From NCBI RefSeq assembly GCF_009914755.1, contig NC_060944.1: a stretch of 64,000 nt of DNA, one strand, 5' to 3'. Below are positions 52,531-64,000 of the stretch, in pieces (the first letter of the stretch is position 1; the number at the start of each line of letters is the position of its first letter). Both the position numbers and the translations under genes were made by a program. This stretch comes from the human T2T-CHM13v2.0 reference genome, Homo sapiens. The notes below the pieces were generated by a model. That model did not search any database, was not told where the DNA came from, and saw only the letters and a program-made list of their open reading frames with translations.

Positions 52531-55201
52531 TCCTATCTTCCCATCTTGCGTTAGGAGCTCATTTGACAGATGAGGAAACTGAGGTTAAGCAATCTATACA
52601 AGCTCCTAAGGGAAAGGCCAGGATAAGCAGGGATCATGGCTGGGATGAAACCATAACCCCCAATCCAACATCAGAGGCCAGGTTTGGAAACTGGTGAGTC
52701 TGAGTTTCAACCATGGGTCCTTCCTGCTGTGTGACCTCAGGAAAGTGCACTAGCCTCTCTAAGTCTTCATTTACTCTTCCCAGTGGAATCATAGGAATAC
52801 AGCACCTTTTAGAATGTCATGGGATAAAGTGAATGGAAGCTCCCTGAAGGCAGGGACCCTGCCTGTCTTGTTCACAGCTACGTCTTCAGGGCCAAATGTA
52901 GTGCTCAGCAAATAGCAGGTGCTTGAAAATCAAAGGAAGGTTTGGAATGCGCCTGGCACAGTGCCTGACCCATGCCGGAGACCTCGACTCAGGCTCCTTG
53001 GAAGTCTGTGGATCCTGTTTTTGAAACGACAATGAGCGGAGGGGACAGGGACTGGGGTTCCTAGAGGATGTTTTAACAGGGCCTGGGATACTGACAGGAA
53101 GTCAAGCTCCAGCCTCCCCAGACTAGAGGGAGACAAAGGCAGCCTCACCCAGCACAGCCAGGGAGGGCAGGAAGCTGGGAGTGCTGCACTCCGCTGGCCT
53201 AGATTGGGGCTTCCTGTCCTGGTTTCTTCACACGAGCTCTGCCACCGCTATTGTGCTGCAACAATGGGAGGCTCGGGCCACCCACCGAGGAACTGCAAAC
53301 AAGCCGGTGTGAAGGCCACAATGGGCAGCTCGTGACCCGGAAAGAATGGGCAGCAGAGGCTCTGGGACCAGCCCTCCTGCTGCCCAAGGCACGACTGGCT
53401 TTTCCAGGCAGCACGGCGTCCCCTGCACTGGCAGGATGGTGAAAGGGACCCTCCAGGGCGACTCTTCCTTTGTCCAAGGCTTGACAGCTTTGAAACACTC
53501 AGGTCAAAAGCAGCTCTCATCTCCGAAGCCTCCCTTAGACACAATACTGTTCTCAGGATTTCCAGGGCTGCCTGAGAAACTCCTCCAGCCTCGGAAGCTT
53601 TGCCCATGCCTGGACCACTTGTCCTCACATCTGCCCAAGTCCTCCTCTTCATTTTATGAATGTGATGATGAAATACGTCAGGGATACAGAAAAGAATAGA
53701 GAGAAACAACAAACACCCACAAACTCATCACTACCCAGCTTTGGCAAATCTTAATACTACACCGAATTTGCTTGAAACCATTTGCAAAAAGAAATTCAAC
53801 AAGTCTGGGGGAGGCACAGACTGGAAACGGGATGAGGAGGCTCTTGGGGGTGCTGGAAATGTTCTATATCTTGATCTGAGCAGTGGAGACACAGGTCACT
53901 GCATATGCAAAGCCCCAGCAGTATGCACTCGAGATTAGTTCAGTTTACCCACAGTACCATGCAAATATCAAACCTCCATGTATTAAGTAGAAAAGGCAGA
54001 AAGGAATCATTACAGAGAGAGGTGAGCCACTGGGCACCTTCTCTCCCTGCAAGGTACTTGGAGCTGGTGCTCCTCATTCCCACGCATGCCTCTGCCCACT
54101 TACCAAGCTGTGTGCATCTATAAGCAAGAGAGAATATTGTTTTGCATGTTCACAACATTTTTATAAGTAGCATGCTTTCAGCAACTTGATTTTCTCACTC
54201 AACATCATGTCTTCCACATTTACCCATGTTGATATGTACACTGGGCAACATCTGCTATCCAGACCCCACCCTTACCCCACACCACATCGAGCTGCCAGCA
54301 CCTGCATCTCTTGGCCTGAAGACCCCGCTCTCATGTGCAGGGCAGGCCAGAGGTGCGGAAGAAGTAAGACTGCCTGGGAGCAGCCCTCAGTGATGGCCAG
54401 CAGGACCTGGCATGAAAAGACAGATGAGGAAACTGAGGCACTCGATGGACACTATCTCCCCGAGTGCCTTGATGGATTCAGCTCCGGTGGCCCCCATGGT
54501 AACCCGCTTGATGACACACCTTTCTTGGCTGCCTTCTCCTCCCTGCCTCACTCCCCCACTCTCCTATTGATGCTTCCTGGGGTGACCTCCCAGGTATGCT
54601 ACTTGCCCTTGAATCAGTCTCGGGTCATGTTCTTTGGGGAATCCACAATAAGACAGACCTCAAGTTGTTCATTTCATTGCTTACTAGTCAAAATCACAGC
54701 ATGAAGTAACCACTGCCATGCTGCAGACACTTGTTTCAAACGTCCTTACTGTAAACAATGGCACTCAGGTGTAAGTTCTTTCAGCTGTATACTCTCGTCG
54801 ACTGGGGTATGGGTATACAAGTTCCTCTAGGTGATGCACATGTTTCCTCGAGCCCAGGCGTTCAAGTTCCTCTAAATGTATATCCAGGTCTTCTGGGCCA
54901 TAAGAGAAGGACCAGAGAGACTGTTTACTCAGCTCCCAGCCTGAGTGTTTCCAGGGTCCCCAGAGCTCTAGACTGAGCAGGAAGCCACATCATAATTGAT
55001 TAGTGATGTCTGCCATGGATGTGGCAGGGAGAGGGTTAGAAGGATGATGAGTTTGCCATCTCCAACAAGCTCCCACTTAATGGAGATACCAAGAGTATGA
55101 GACACTGGTCTGAGGTCAAACAGCAAACTGGTGACAAAACACAGATTAGAACCAGGTCTCCCGATGCCAGGCCAGGTCTCACCTGTCGCCCTAACCTGAG
55201 C

Positions 55202-55412
55202 CCAGTGGTTCTCAACTTGGGGGTGATTTTACCCCCTAGAAGACATGTGCCAATGTCTAGAGACATTTTGGGTTGTCACAACTGAGGACAGGGGTGCTCC
55301 TGGCATCTAGTGTGTAGAGGCCAGGGATGCTGCGAAACACCCTACAGTGCACAGGACAACCCCACAAAGACACAGCTGACCGCAAACAACAGTGACAAGG
55401 TCAAGAAATCCT
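55202..55412. mobile_element. MER20 hAT element
   Basis: cagtggttctcaacttggggg...gacattttgggttgtcacaact...ggcatctagtgtgtagaggccagggatgctg. Confidence 0.85.
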
Positions 55413-57164
55413 TGCCTCAGAAAAGGCTCTAATTAAAACCTAGAAAAAAATCCAACCTCTTCCACCGCCCAAATACTGTCTAATGCGGGCTCTTCTCACC
55501 CCACTGGCTCAGCTGCAGGTACACTGGTCTCCTTTTTGTTTCTTGAACACACCAGGCCCCCAGCATCCAGGCCTTCGCACGTGCTGTTCTTTGCCTACAG
55601 AGCTTTTCCCAAGACATTCAATTGGCAGGAGAGGTCCCTCCTCTCACAGGCCACCCCTGGACCCATATAAGAGAGGATCTCACCCACTACATAGCCACCT
55701 GAACCCTGTTACCCTTCACAGACGTCTCCGCTATTGGCTGTGCTCTTATCAATTAAGTATGGATAGGTTTGATCATTCAGTATCATCTCCCTCACTAAAG
55801 TATCAGCTCCCTCAGGGCAGAAGACAATTTCCTTGGCCGTCTACGCAGCGCCTGGGACAGAGGCTGGCACACAGCAGGTGCTCAAGAGAGACTGGTATGT
55901 GGAGAAAGGATGGGAGAGACAGGGAGAAACTGAGAACAGGCTCCAGAAAGTAAGCTGATACCGAGCTGGGAGAGGCAACTAGAATAAGAACACCTTTTTA
56001 ACTCACTAACTACACCTTTAGGCCTCATTATGTGCAGGTGCTGCTCTAGGTGTTTTAATCCTCAAACTCGAGGAGGCAGGCATTGTTATTACTATGTCCA
56101 TTCTACAGAAGAGCCTAAGGCCCAGCGCAGTAAAGACCTTATTTAAAGCCACACGGCTGGTAAGTGAAGGAGCTGGGCCTTAAACCCAGACAGTCTCCAT
56201 CACGCGCCATCAGTGAGTGACTGTGGACAATGAACCGCATCAGCCTTTAAAACAGGTAGCAGCTGCCCTTAGGGGTGCCCCTGGGGAGCTGCCATCTGCC
56301 TGGAACCCATGGCTGCTGTTGCCTGGGGAGGATAAATCTCTCCCTGGAGATAAAAAGGACAGAAAGAGGCCTTGAAGTCACTCCCTGAGACTGATGCCGG
56401 CAACCTGATCTGCTTGGGGAGGGGGCCCGACTGCCCCCAAGGACACCTCTGCCGTGGCTGGGGTGACCTCACCAGACATATGGTGAAACTTGAGAGGGCC
56501 AGGGTATGGGCTGGGAGCAAAGGGAAGCGATGAGTGGGGGTGGGTGGGGGGAGCTCCAGAACACAGCCAAGACAAAAGGGGGTGCCCTGAGGACCCCATC
56601 CCCAACATGATCTGGGTGGCGGGGAGTCGGAAGCACAGTGTCATGGAACAGCAAGGGCCTTGGAATCTGAGCGATGATAATAAAATCGCTATAACAGCAG
56701 AAGGGGGCTTACACAGCCTGCTGCAAGCCGCCCCACACAGCCCAGAGTCTGGGGAGCTCCCCAATTGCCCAATGACCCCTTCAAATGCCCAAATCCTATG
56801 CTCCATCCATCCAAGTTCTGGGTATTTATCCTACAGGGGAAAATAAATCTCATATGTGGCATGAAGCTTTACCTTCAATATCTGATTTATAATTCCATCA
56901 CTGGGGGTTTAGTTAAATAAATTACCATCCAGCTCAACAAGGAATGATCATGCTAAAAATAGTTTGCAGAAGTCTATTTAATAACACGGAAAAGGACTGT
57001 TGATGTATCCTTAACTAGGAAAAAAAATCAAGTTACAAACAAGTACATAAAATATAATCTCACTGTTGGTTAAATAAATTCTCTCTCCCTAGGCATAGAA
57101 AAATGAAGTATGGAAGGAAATACCCATACTACAAGAAACTATGTAGGAATGTGGCCAAAATTAC

Positions 57165-57632
57165 TAGCTGTCCCCCAATATCATTCTCTCCTTTTCCTTT
57201 AGAAACAGAACTCCAGATTTAAAAATAAGGACTGTATTTCCCAGCATCCCTTGCAGCTAGGTGTGGGCATGCAACTAAGTTCAGGTCAGTACAGCATACA
57301 TGGCATATTATGTACAACATCTTGGAAGTATCCTTGTGGGTTGGGGGAGGAATGGGTAGGGATTCTCTTCTGCTATTCCCTTTTCCTACTGATTGGATTG
57401 CAAATGCGATGCCTGGAAGTGAAGCAGACATCTTATACCATGAGGTAGAAGCCACGTGTTGGGGAAAACAGAGCAGCATTCAGTAGGCACTTATGTTCCT
57501 AGTGATGGTACAGCCAACATATCCGCCCTGGGTCACCTATAATTACAGAATAAGGAAATAAACTTTCATCACATTTAAGACACTGTTATTTGGGTTTTAT
57601 CACAAGCCACTGAACCTAATCCTAACTGACAG
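57165..57632. mobile_element. MLT1-like MaLR LTR remnant
   Basis: gactgtatttcccagcatcccttgcagctaggtgtgggcatg...aaataaactttc...tttaagacactgttatttggg. Confidence 0.6.
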
Positions 57633-58598
57633 AGGGGCATTCTAAAGAATTTCCATTTTCTTCTTTCTTCATTTATTTCCCTTTCCAGATTTCTACAATG
57701 AACATGCTACTTTTTAAGCAAAAGTCATTTTTAACATAAATGCATGTTTTTATTTTTCTGGATGGGAGGGGTACTAAACACACAGGCTCTCTCTCGCCCA
57801 CCCCATCACCTGCCCCAATCATCAGGACCCCTGGCTTCTGTCTTCTCCTCCTTGGACATGTGTATCCCTGTGCAGGGAAGGCAGTGCCCGCCAGTGGGGA
57901 ACAGAGCAGCGGCAAGGCAAATATGAGATGGAAAGATTTACCTTCTGCAGAAGAGCCTCTGAGCTGCCGACCAGCCCTCCTTCTCTGAGTCAACTCTGGA
58001 AACCTGGGGACCCCCACAAGCTGGCCTGGAGCTTCCACAGCCTGGGCCAGAACACAAGAATGTCCACCACCCAGAGCCCACACCACTGCCCAGGCTGATT
58101 AAAACCCTCTCCACTCTGTTCCCACCTAGCATTCCTTCATCACGTCCATGCCAGGGGCCAGAAACAGAGAGCCACTGGCTCAGAACCAACTGAGGCTTTC
58201 CCAAAAGACCCAAATTTTGGATTTGAAACATCCTCCCCAAGGATTCCACCGCTGACTCATTCAGTCACAGACATACTCTGAGAGGACTGGGAAGAAATAG
58301 CTTTTTTTTTTTTTACAAAGTCAGACTTACTACTCCTTTACTCCCATGGCACATTTACAAAGTCCATATATGTATCTATAACTCATTTCATTATATAGTC
58401 CACAGCACAAACATATTGCTTTGAATTGTATCTTTAACAGGCTAATTTCTTCCTGAAAGCATACAAAGAACCTACAACTGAGGCCTCCTGGGAATATACC
58501 AAGGCACCATCCACCCCGGGGCCTTTGTACTTGCTGTTCCCTTTGCCTGGAAGACTCTTTCTCCAGATATCTGCAGGGCCCCACCCTCAATTCATTCC

Positions 58599-58957
58599 TG
58601 TATTAGTCTGTTCTCACACTGCTAATAAAGATATACCAGAGACTGGGTAATTTATAAAGAGGTTTAATTGACTCACAGTTCCACATGGCTGAGGAGGCCT
58701 CACAATCAAGGCAGAAGGCAAATGAGAAGTAAAGTTATGTCTTACATGGCGGCAGGCAAGAGAGCTTGTGTAGGGGAACTCCCCTTTATAAAACCATCAG
58801 ATCTCGTGAGACTTACTCACTATCACGAGAACGGCATGGGAAAGACCCGCCCCCATGATTCAATTACCTCCCACCAGGTCCCTCCCATGACACATGGGAA
58901 TTATGGGAGCTACAATTCAAGGTGAGATTTGGGTGGGGACACAGCCAAACCATATCA
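58599..58957 (-). mobile_element. THE1 (THE1B/C-like) MaLR solo LTR, intact, same orientation as PREX1, inserted in an L2
   Basis: TG...CA ends; 5-bp TSD attcc at 58594-58598 and 58958-58962; minus strand starts TGATATGGTTTGGCTGTGTCCCCACCCAAATCTC. Confidence 0.93.
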
Positions 58958-60528
58958 ATTCCCCTCTAGAATCAAATGCCTGTTCTTCTGAGGCCTTCCC
59001 CGACTGCTCCATTTGAAACAGACACCCATTCCCCTGCACACTGTATCTCATCCTCCTCCATCCCCCACAGCACTGCCCTCCACCTGCACTGAGCTGTTTC
59101 TTCACTTACAGTTCCTGTGTCCCCTACAAAGTCAGTCCCAGGAGGGTGGCAGCTTGTTTGGGCAGTGTCCACCCACTGGACCTAGAACCGTGCTGGACTG
59201 GACACAGAGCAGATGCCCAGTAACAAGGGGTTCAGCAGGTGACTGATGGTCAGCATGTTCGTCCTGCATAACAATCCCACAAGGTGGGCTACTGCATCCC
59301 CTTTTTAGGAAAGAGGAAAACAGGGCATGAATCACACATTAGGCTCTGGAGTCGGCCAAGCCTCGCACCTCAGTTGCCTCATCTATAAAATCTGTGTAAT
59401 GGAGCCTCACCTTGCAAGTCGCTGACATGAGGATTAAATCTGACACTGCTTGTAAATAACTTGTTGCCTCTGCCCACGGTGGGAGCCCCCGGCCCCCAGG
59501 ATCCAGCCAGGATCACAGGAGGTGCCCAATAAGTCCTCAGTAAATGTCCAGTGAAGGGGTGGGCACTTTCAATTCCGTGTAGCCCCTGGACCAGCTCAGA
59601 CCAGGCCCCTTCCCTGGGCACATTTCCTTGGCACCATTCCTTGGACCTATAGAAATGTTGGAGGCCTTTAAAAATACGTGCATTGGCTCCAAATACAAAA
59701 GGAAAACTGCATTGTCAAAAAGAATAAATCTTGATTTAAATGTCTACAAAATTACCAATCAACTCTGCCTGTGGCTATGTGCACAGAGAATGCAGGGAGT
59801 GTGTGCTGTGGGTGCATCTTAGCGGGTGTACCATGACAGGACCCTTGGGGTGGTTCCCCAGATGCAGCAGACCCTGAGGCAAGAAGTGGAGTACAAGTAG
59901 TTTCTTTGGGAGGTGGGAGGTGGGAGATGGTCCCTGGAAACACCAACAGGGAGGTGGAACCAAGAAGGGAAGGCAGCCCACGAAGGGTATGAGACCAAGC
60001 AAGTTACCACCATGAGGCCCCAGACAGACCGTGTGGAACGCACACCTCACAGCCACCCTCAGGGAGTGAGGAGGCCAGGGAGTCTGTACACCAGCCCTGT
60101 CTGTCACTAGTTTAAGGGCAGTGGGGGTGATCCTGGCACTCCCCATCTTCCCTGAAAGTGACAGAGCAGCTCAGAGCAGACAAAGCCATCAGGCAGAGGA
60201 GCGCAGGTGCTGGCAGTGGAGCGTCCCTCTGGTGTGCCCTGGAGTGGTTGAGGTGTCGCAATGCAGCCTCAAAAAGAAAGAGGGTGTAGGGCCCCCCCGA
60301 GCTTGGGGGGGTGAAAGACAGGGCTTTGCAGCACCGCAGCCACACAGGCCAGGCACTTCAGCAGATGTTCTCCTAATACACACCAGGACGGCCTCGCTGC
60401 CTGTTAAAACACCAAAATACTTCTGAGCTGATGGGGAAAATCTCTACATGTGCAGGGCTGAAGGTCAGAGGAGGTGGCTGCGGAACCATAGGCAGTCCCC
60501 GGTCAGACGTGGAGGCAGGTTTCACGTG

Positions 60529-60746
60529 GAGCAGACACAGGGAGCAAACAGCATTGCGTGTATCTGAGGATACAGCATCACGGGCAGGGTCAACAGCTGG
60601 GGCAAAGGCCCCAAGGCACATTCAGTCTTTCCAAGACAATCCTATCGAAAACGCCTATCCCTGCTCTGTTTTCCTCACAGCACCTGTCACCATGGACATT
60701 ATGTGTGTTCATTATCAGTCTATTATCCATCTAGCCCACCTGAATC
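60529..60746 (+). repeat. Dispersed direct duplication, copy A (218 bp)
   Basis: About 10 substitutions and 1 indel relative to 62948-63164; near-identical ORF translations (SRHREQTALRVSEDTAS...). Confidence 0.95.
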
Positions 60747-61063
60747 CAGGCTGCATCTGCGGGGAACCCATACACATTCCCCTGCGGAGGCCAAAGATAT
60801 GGCCAGCATTCCACCTCCTCCTCCCATGCCCCAACTCTCAGAAGCCCTCCCTACCCTTAGAAACTCTCTCTACTCCTTGCTAGAAGAGCACTGTATCTCC
60901 TAAGCAAGCAGTATGTAAGAGTGGATGAGGCTCAAAGGCTAGAACTAGCCACCTGGTTCAAATCCTGCCCCTGCCACCTACTGCTCTGTGACCTAGGCAA
61001 CTGACTCCATCTCTCTGGGCCTCATCTATAACATGGATGGGGACCATAAAACTACTGACTTCA

Positions 61064-61426
<363 letters not shown>

Positions 61427-61651
61427 CTACAGGCAAAGCATTTAAATGGGCTCAAATCCCAGCTCTGCTGCTTACAAGCTCTAAGACCTGAAGTAAATTA
61501 TTTATTCTCTCTGCCTCCATTTCCTCCTCTATAACGGGGGATAAAATGAGTACACAGGATTACAATGAGAATTACAGAAGCTAACACACATAACAAGCAC
61601 TTGAATGGTCCCTGGTGCATAGCAGGTGCTCAAAAAACATTAGCTATTATT

Positions 61652-61958
61652 GGCCAGGCTCACACCTGTGAGCTCACACCTGTAATCCTAACACTGTGGG
61701 AGGCCGAGGCAGGCTGACTGCTTGAACCCAGGAGTTCGAGCAATCAATCAATACGGCAAAACCTCATCTCTACCAAAAATACAAACAAACAAACAAAATA
61801 GCCAGGTGTGGTGGCGCACACCTGTAGTCCCAGCTACTCGAGACGCTGAGGTGAGAGCATCACTTCAGCCTAGGAGGCGGAGGTTGCAGTGAGCCAAGAT
61901 CGCACCACTGCACTTCAGCCTGGATGACAAAGCAAGACCCTGCCTCAAAAAAAAAAAA
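61652..61958 (+). mobile_element. AluJ-like, with duplicated gctcacacctgt head and altered left arm
   Basis: Diverged Alu; TSD-like aaaacattagctattat / aaagcattggctattat. Confidence 0.88.
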
Positions 61959-62947
61959 GCATTGGCTATTATGATCTCCCCATCTTGAGTTTCTAGAGTG
62001 TCGGCAGGGAGTCCAAGCCCTGGTGCAGGTAGACAGAACCCACTGTGCTTCCTAAGGAAACCTGGATTTGGATCAACCACATCTGTAGGGCTTCTACATG
62101 CACCAAGCACACTCACATTTATCCCACACTATTTTTACTTATTTTTATTAGTTTTTTCCATCCTGCAAATAGCTCTATTATTATAGACTGCCTGCTTCCG
62201 AGTCTCCTGAGGTGAGATGAGAAGGGGAAGGCTTTATAAACTGCAGAGCCCCCCACATCCTCATCACCACCAGCGCACCCCTCTGCCCTGCCCCATCCTC
62301 CTTGCTGACTGCCAACCACGTGACTTCAGCAAGTCACCACACTTCTGAGTCAATTTCCTGGACCAAACAAAAAGGGGGGGAGGAGTAGTTGTTGAGGTTT
62401 AAGTGAAATGATGCAGGTGAACACTTTGTAACTACAAACACTTCCTGGAAAAAGTGGCAGAAAGGCTGAGCCAGGAGAGGGAGGCTGGACTAGGAAAGGG
62501 GCAGGAAGTTGCTTGTGATGATATTCTAGGGGGACAAGTCCTCTCCGAGTACCAACCATCCCAGCAAGTGTTAACCAGGGCCTGCCGTGCACCAGGCACC
62601 GAGCTGGGTGCTGGAGACACAGATATAAGCCATGACCCTGCCACGGAAGGACTTATGCATTCTTACATTCGCCTGTGTAGTCAGCAAATACTTACTGCAC
62701 ACCTATTATGTGCCAGGCACTGCGCTAAGAGCCAATGACACATCAGTGAATGAACAAATCAGACTAACTCCCCACCTTCACAAAGTAGTGGCAGAGACAG
62801 ACTATACACTGATTTTAAAATAAAATGGCAGGTAGGAATGATTGCTACAAAGAAAACTAAAGCAGGGTAAGAAAACAGAGAAGGATAAGGTGGGAATGCC
62901 ATTTCAAGGAGCTGTTCAGAGAAAGCCGTTCTGAGAAGATGGCATTT

Positions 62948-63164
62948 GAGCAGACACAGGGAGCAAACAGCATTGCGTGTATCGGAGGACACAGCATCAT
63001 GGGCAGGGTCAACAGCCGGGGCAAAGGCCCCGAGGCACATTCAGTCTTTCCAGGACAATCCTATCGAAAACGTCTATCCCTGCTCTGTTTTCCTCACAGC
63101 ACCTGTCACCATGGACATTATGTGTGTTTATATCAGTCTATTATCCATCTAGCCCACTTGAGTC
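62948..63164 (+). repeat. Dispersed direct duplication, copy B (217 bp), probable source copy
   Basis: Continuous with flanking L2 sequence on both sides. Confidence 0.95.
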
Positions 63165-63354
63165 TCACCTCCAGGAAGGCAAGGATGTTTGTCTGTCTAG
63201 GTCACTGTGGTGTCCCAGAGCCTAGGATTGGACCCAGCACACAGCAGACCCTCGAAAAGGATGTGTTTAATTAATTAGTCAATCAATCATCTAGAGTAGA
63301 CTACTCCCACCCCCACCCAGATTCTAGGCCCTGGTAAAAGGTGCCCAGTTCTCA

Positions 63355-63445
63355 CCCCACCCCGCCCCGTTCCCCACCACATCGGGAGAGGAAGTTGATG
63401 CAAAAAACAAGTTGCAACAACCTGTCATGAAGAGGTCTGATGCAA
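63355..63445. promoter_or_regulatory. Candidate intronic enhancer motif cluster (G4/GC-box, PU.1, C/EBP-ATF-like)
   Basis: Minus strand GGGGAACGGGGCGGGGTGGGG; AGAGGAAGT at 63387-63395; TGATGCAA at 63396 and 63438; motif-level evidence only. Confidence 0.35.
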
Positions 63446-63617
63446 CAGTGGGGGAAGGCGGTGGGGGACACTGAGAGGAACCCAATGCTTTTCTTCACGC
63501 AGCCCCCATCAAGGGGCTGGGGCCTGGCCTACAAACTTTCCTGAGTTCACCAACAACCCATCCTTCCTTCAACAGATATTTATGCAGAGCCTCCTCTACA
63601 TGATGGGGCTACCTTAT

Positions 63618-63892
63618 GGGTCTCAAACTGGTAACTCAGAGGCATCATTCCTTTGGCCTGCAGAGGGGTTTGAGAAACTTGGGCCTAAGTTTGAATATCA
63701 GGTTTCCCATTAAAATCCAAATTCCAAGCTTCTTTTGAAAAAACTGACACATGGGTCTCAAATGCCCACAAGGCTGCAGGTGCTGTAGAGCAGAGTGATA
63801 GCCATCACCTTCACCCAGGACAAGTGCTCCTCAATTTCCCACCACCCAACCCACTGCTGCGCCCTGTGAACACCTGAGTGTGAGACTTCTGT
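63618..63892. mobile_element. MER102-like hAT element
   Basis: aaaatccaaattccaagcttcttttgaaaaa...ggacaagtgctcctcaatttcccacc...cacctgagtgtgagacttctg. Confidence 0.55.
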
Positions 63893-64000
63893 CCTAGACA
63901 CAGGCAAGGCAAACCTGAACCTGCTACTTCGCCTTTACCCTCACCCAGGGCAGACATCACTAATGGAATGCAGATCTTTTTCCTGCTAAGTCTTCTCCAA

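Overview
Human (primate) genomic DNA, not microbial. The window lies inside the Rac guanine-nucleotide exchange factor gene PREX1 (P-Rex1, chr20q13.13), transcribed on the minus strand. Six coding exons (exons 2-7, residues ~74-306, most of the DH domain and the start of the PH domain) are identified from their translations and exact GT-AG boundaries. Exon 1 lies beyond the right edge and exon 8 beyond the left edge. The rest is intron, dense in interspersed repeats: about 14 Alus, many L2, MIR and L1M fragments, MaLR/ERVL LTRs including an intact THE1 solo LTR, hAT MITEs (MER33/3, MER58, MER20, MER53, MER102), one piggyBac MITE (MER85), and micro/minisatellites. Almost all ORFs in the supplied track are chance or repeat-derived. 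I see no evidence of a new multi-gene system. The observations most worth checking are: (1) a complete MER85 carrying the CSB-PGBD3-binding palindrome, ~1.9 kb upstream of exon 2; (2) a MER53 hairpin with a miR-1302-like arm on the PREX1 strand; (3) a sense-oriented THE1 LTR in intron 1; (4) a ~218-bp, ~95% identical dispersed duplication with signs of template switching; (5) an array of paired inverted CCAAT boxes; (6) exons 2-6 all phase 0-0 and bracketed by inverted Alus, which allows in-frame skipping and stop-free circles; (7) a four-tier G-quadruplex next to PU.1 and C/EBP-type motifs. Repeat subfamily names come from my recall of consensus sequences, and repeat edges without a TSD are approximate.
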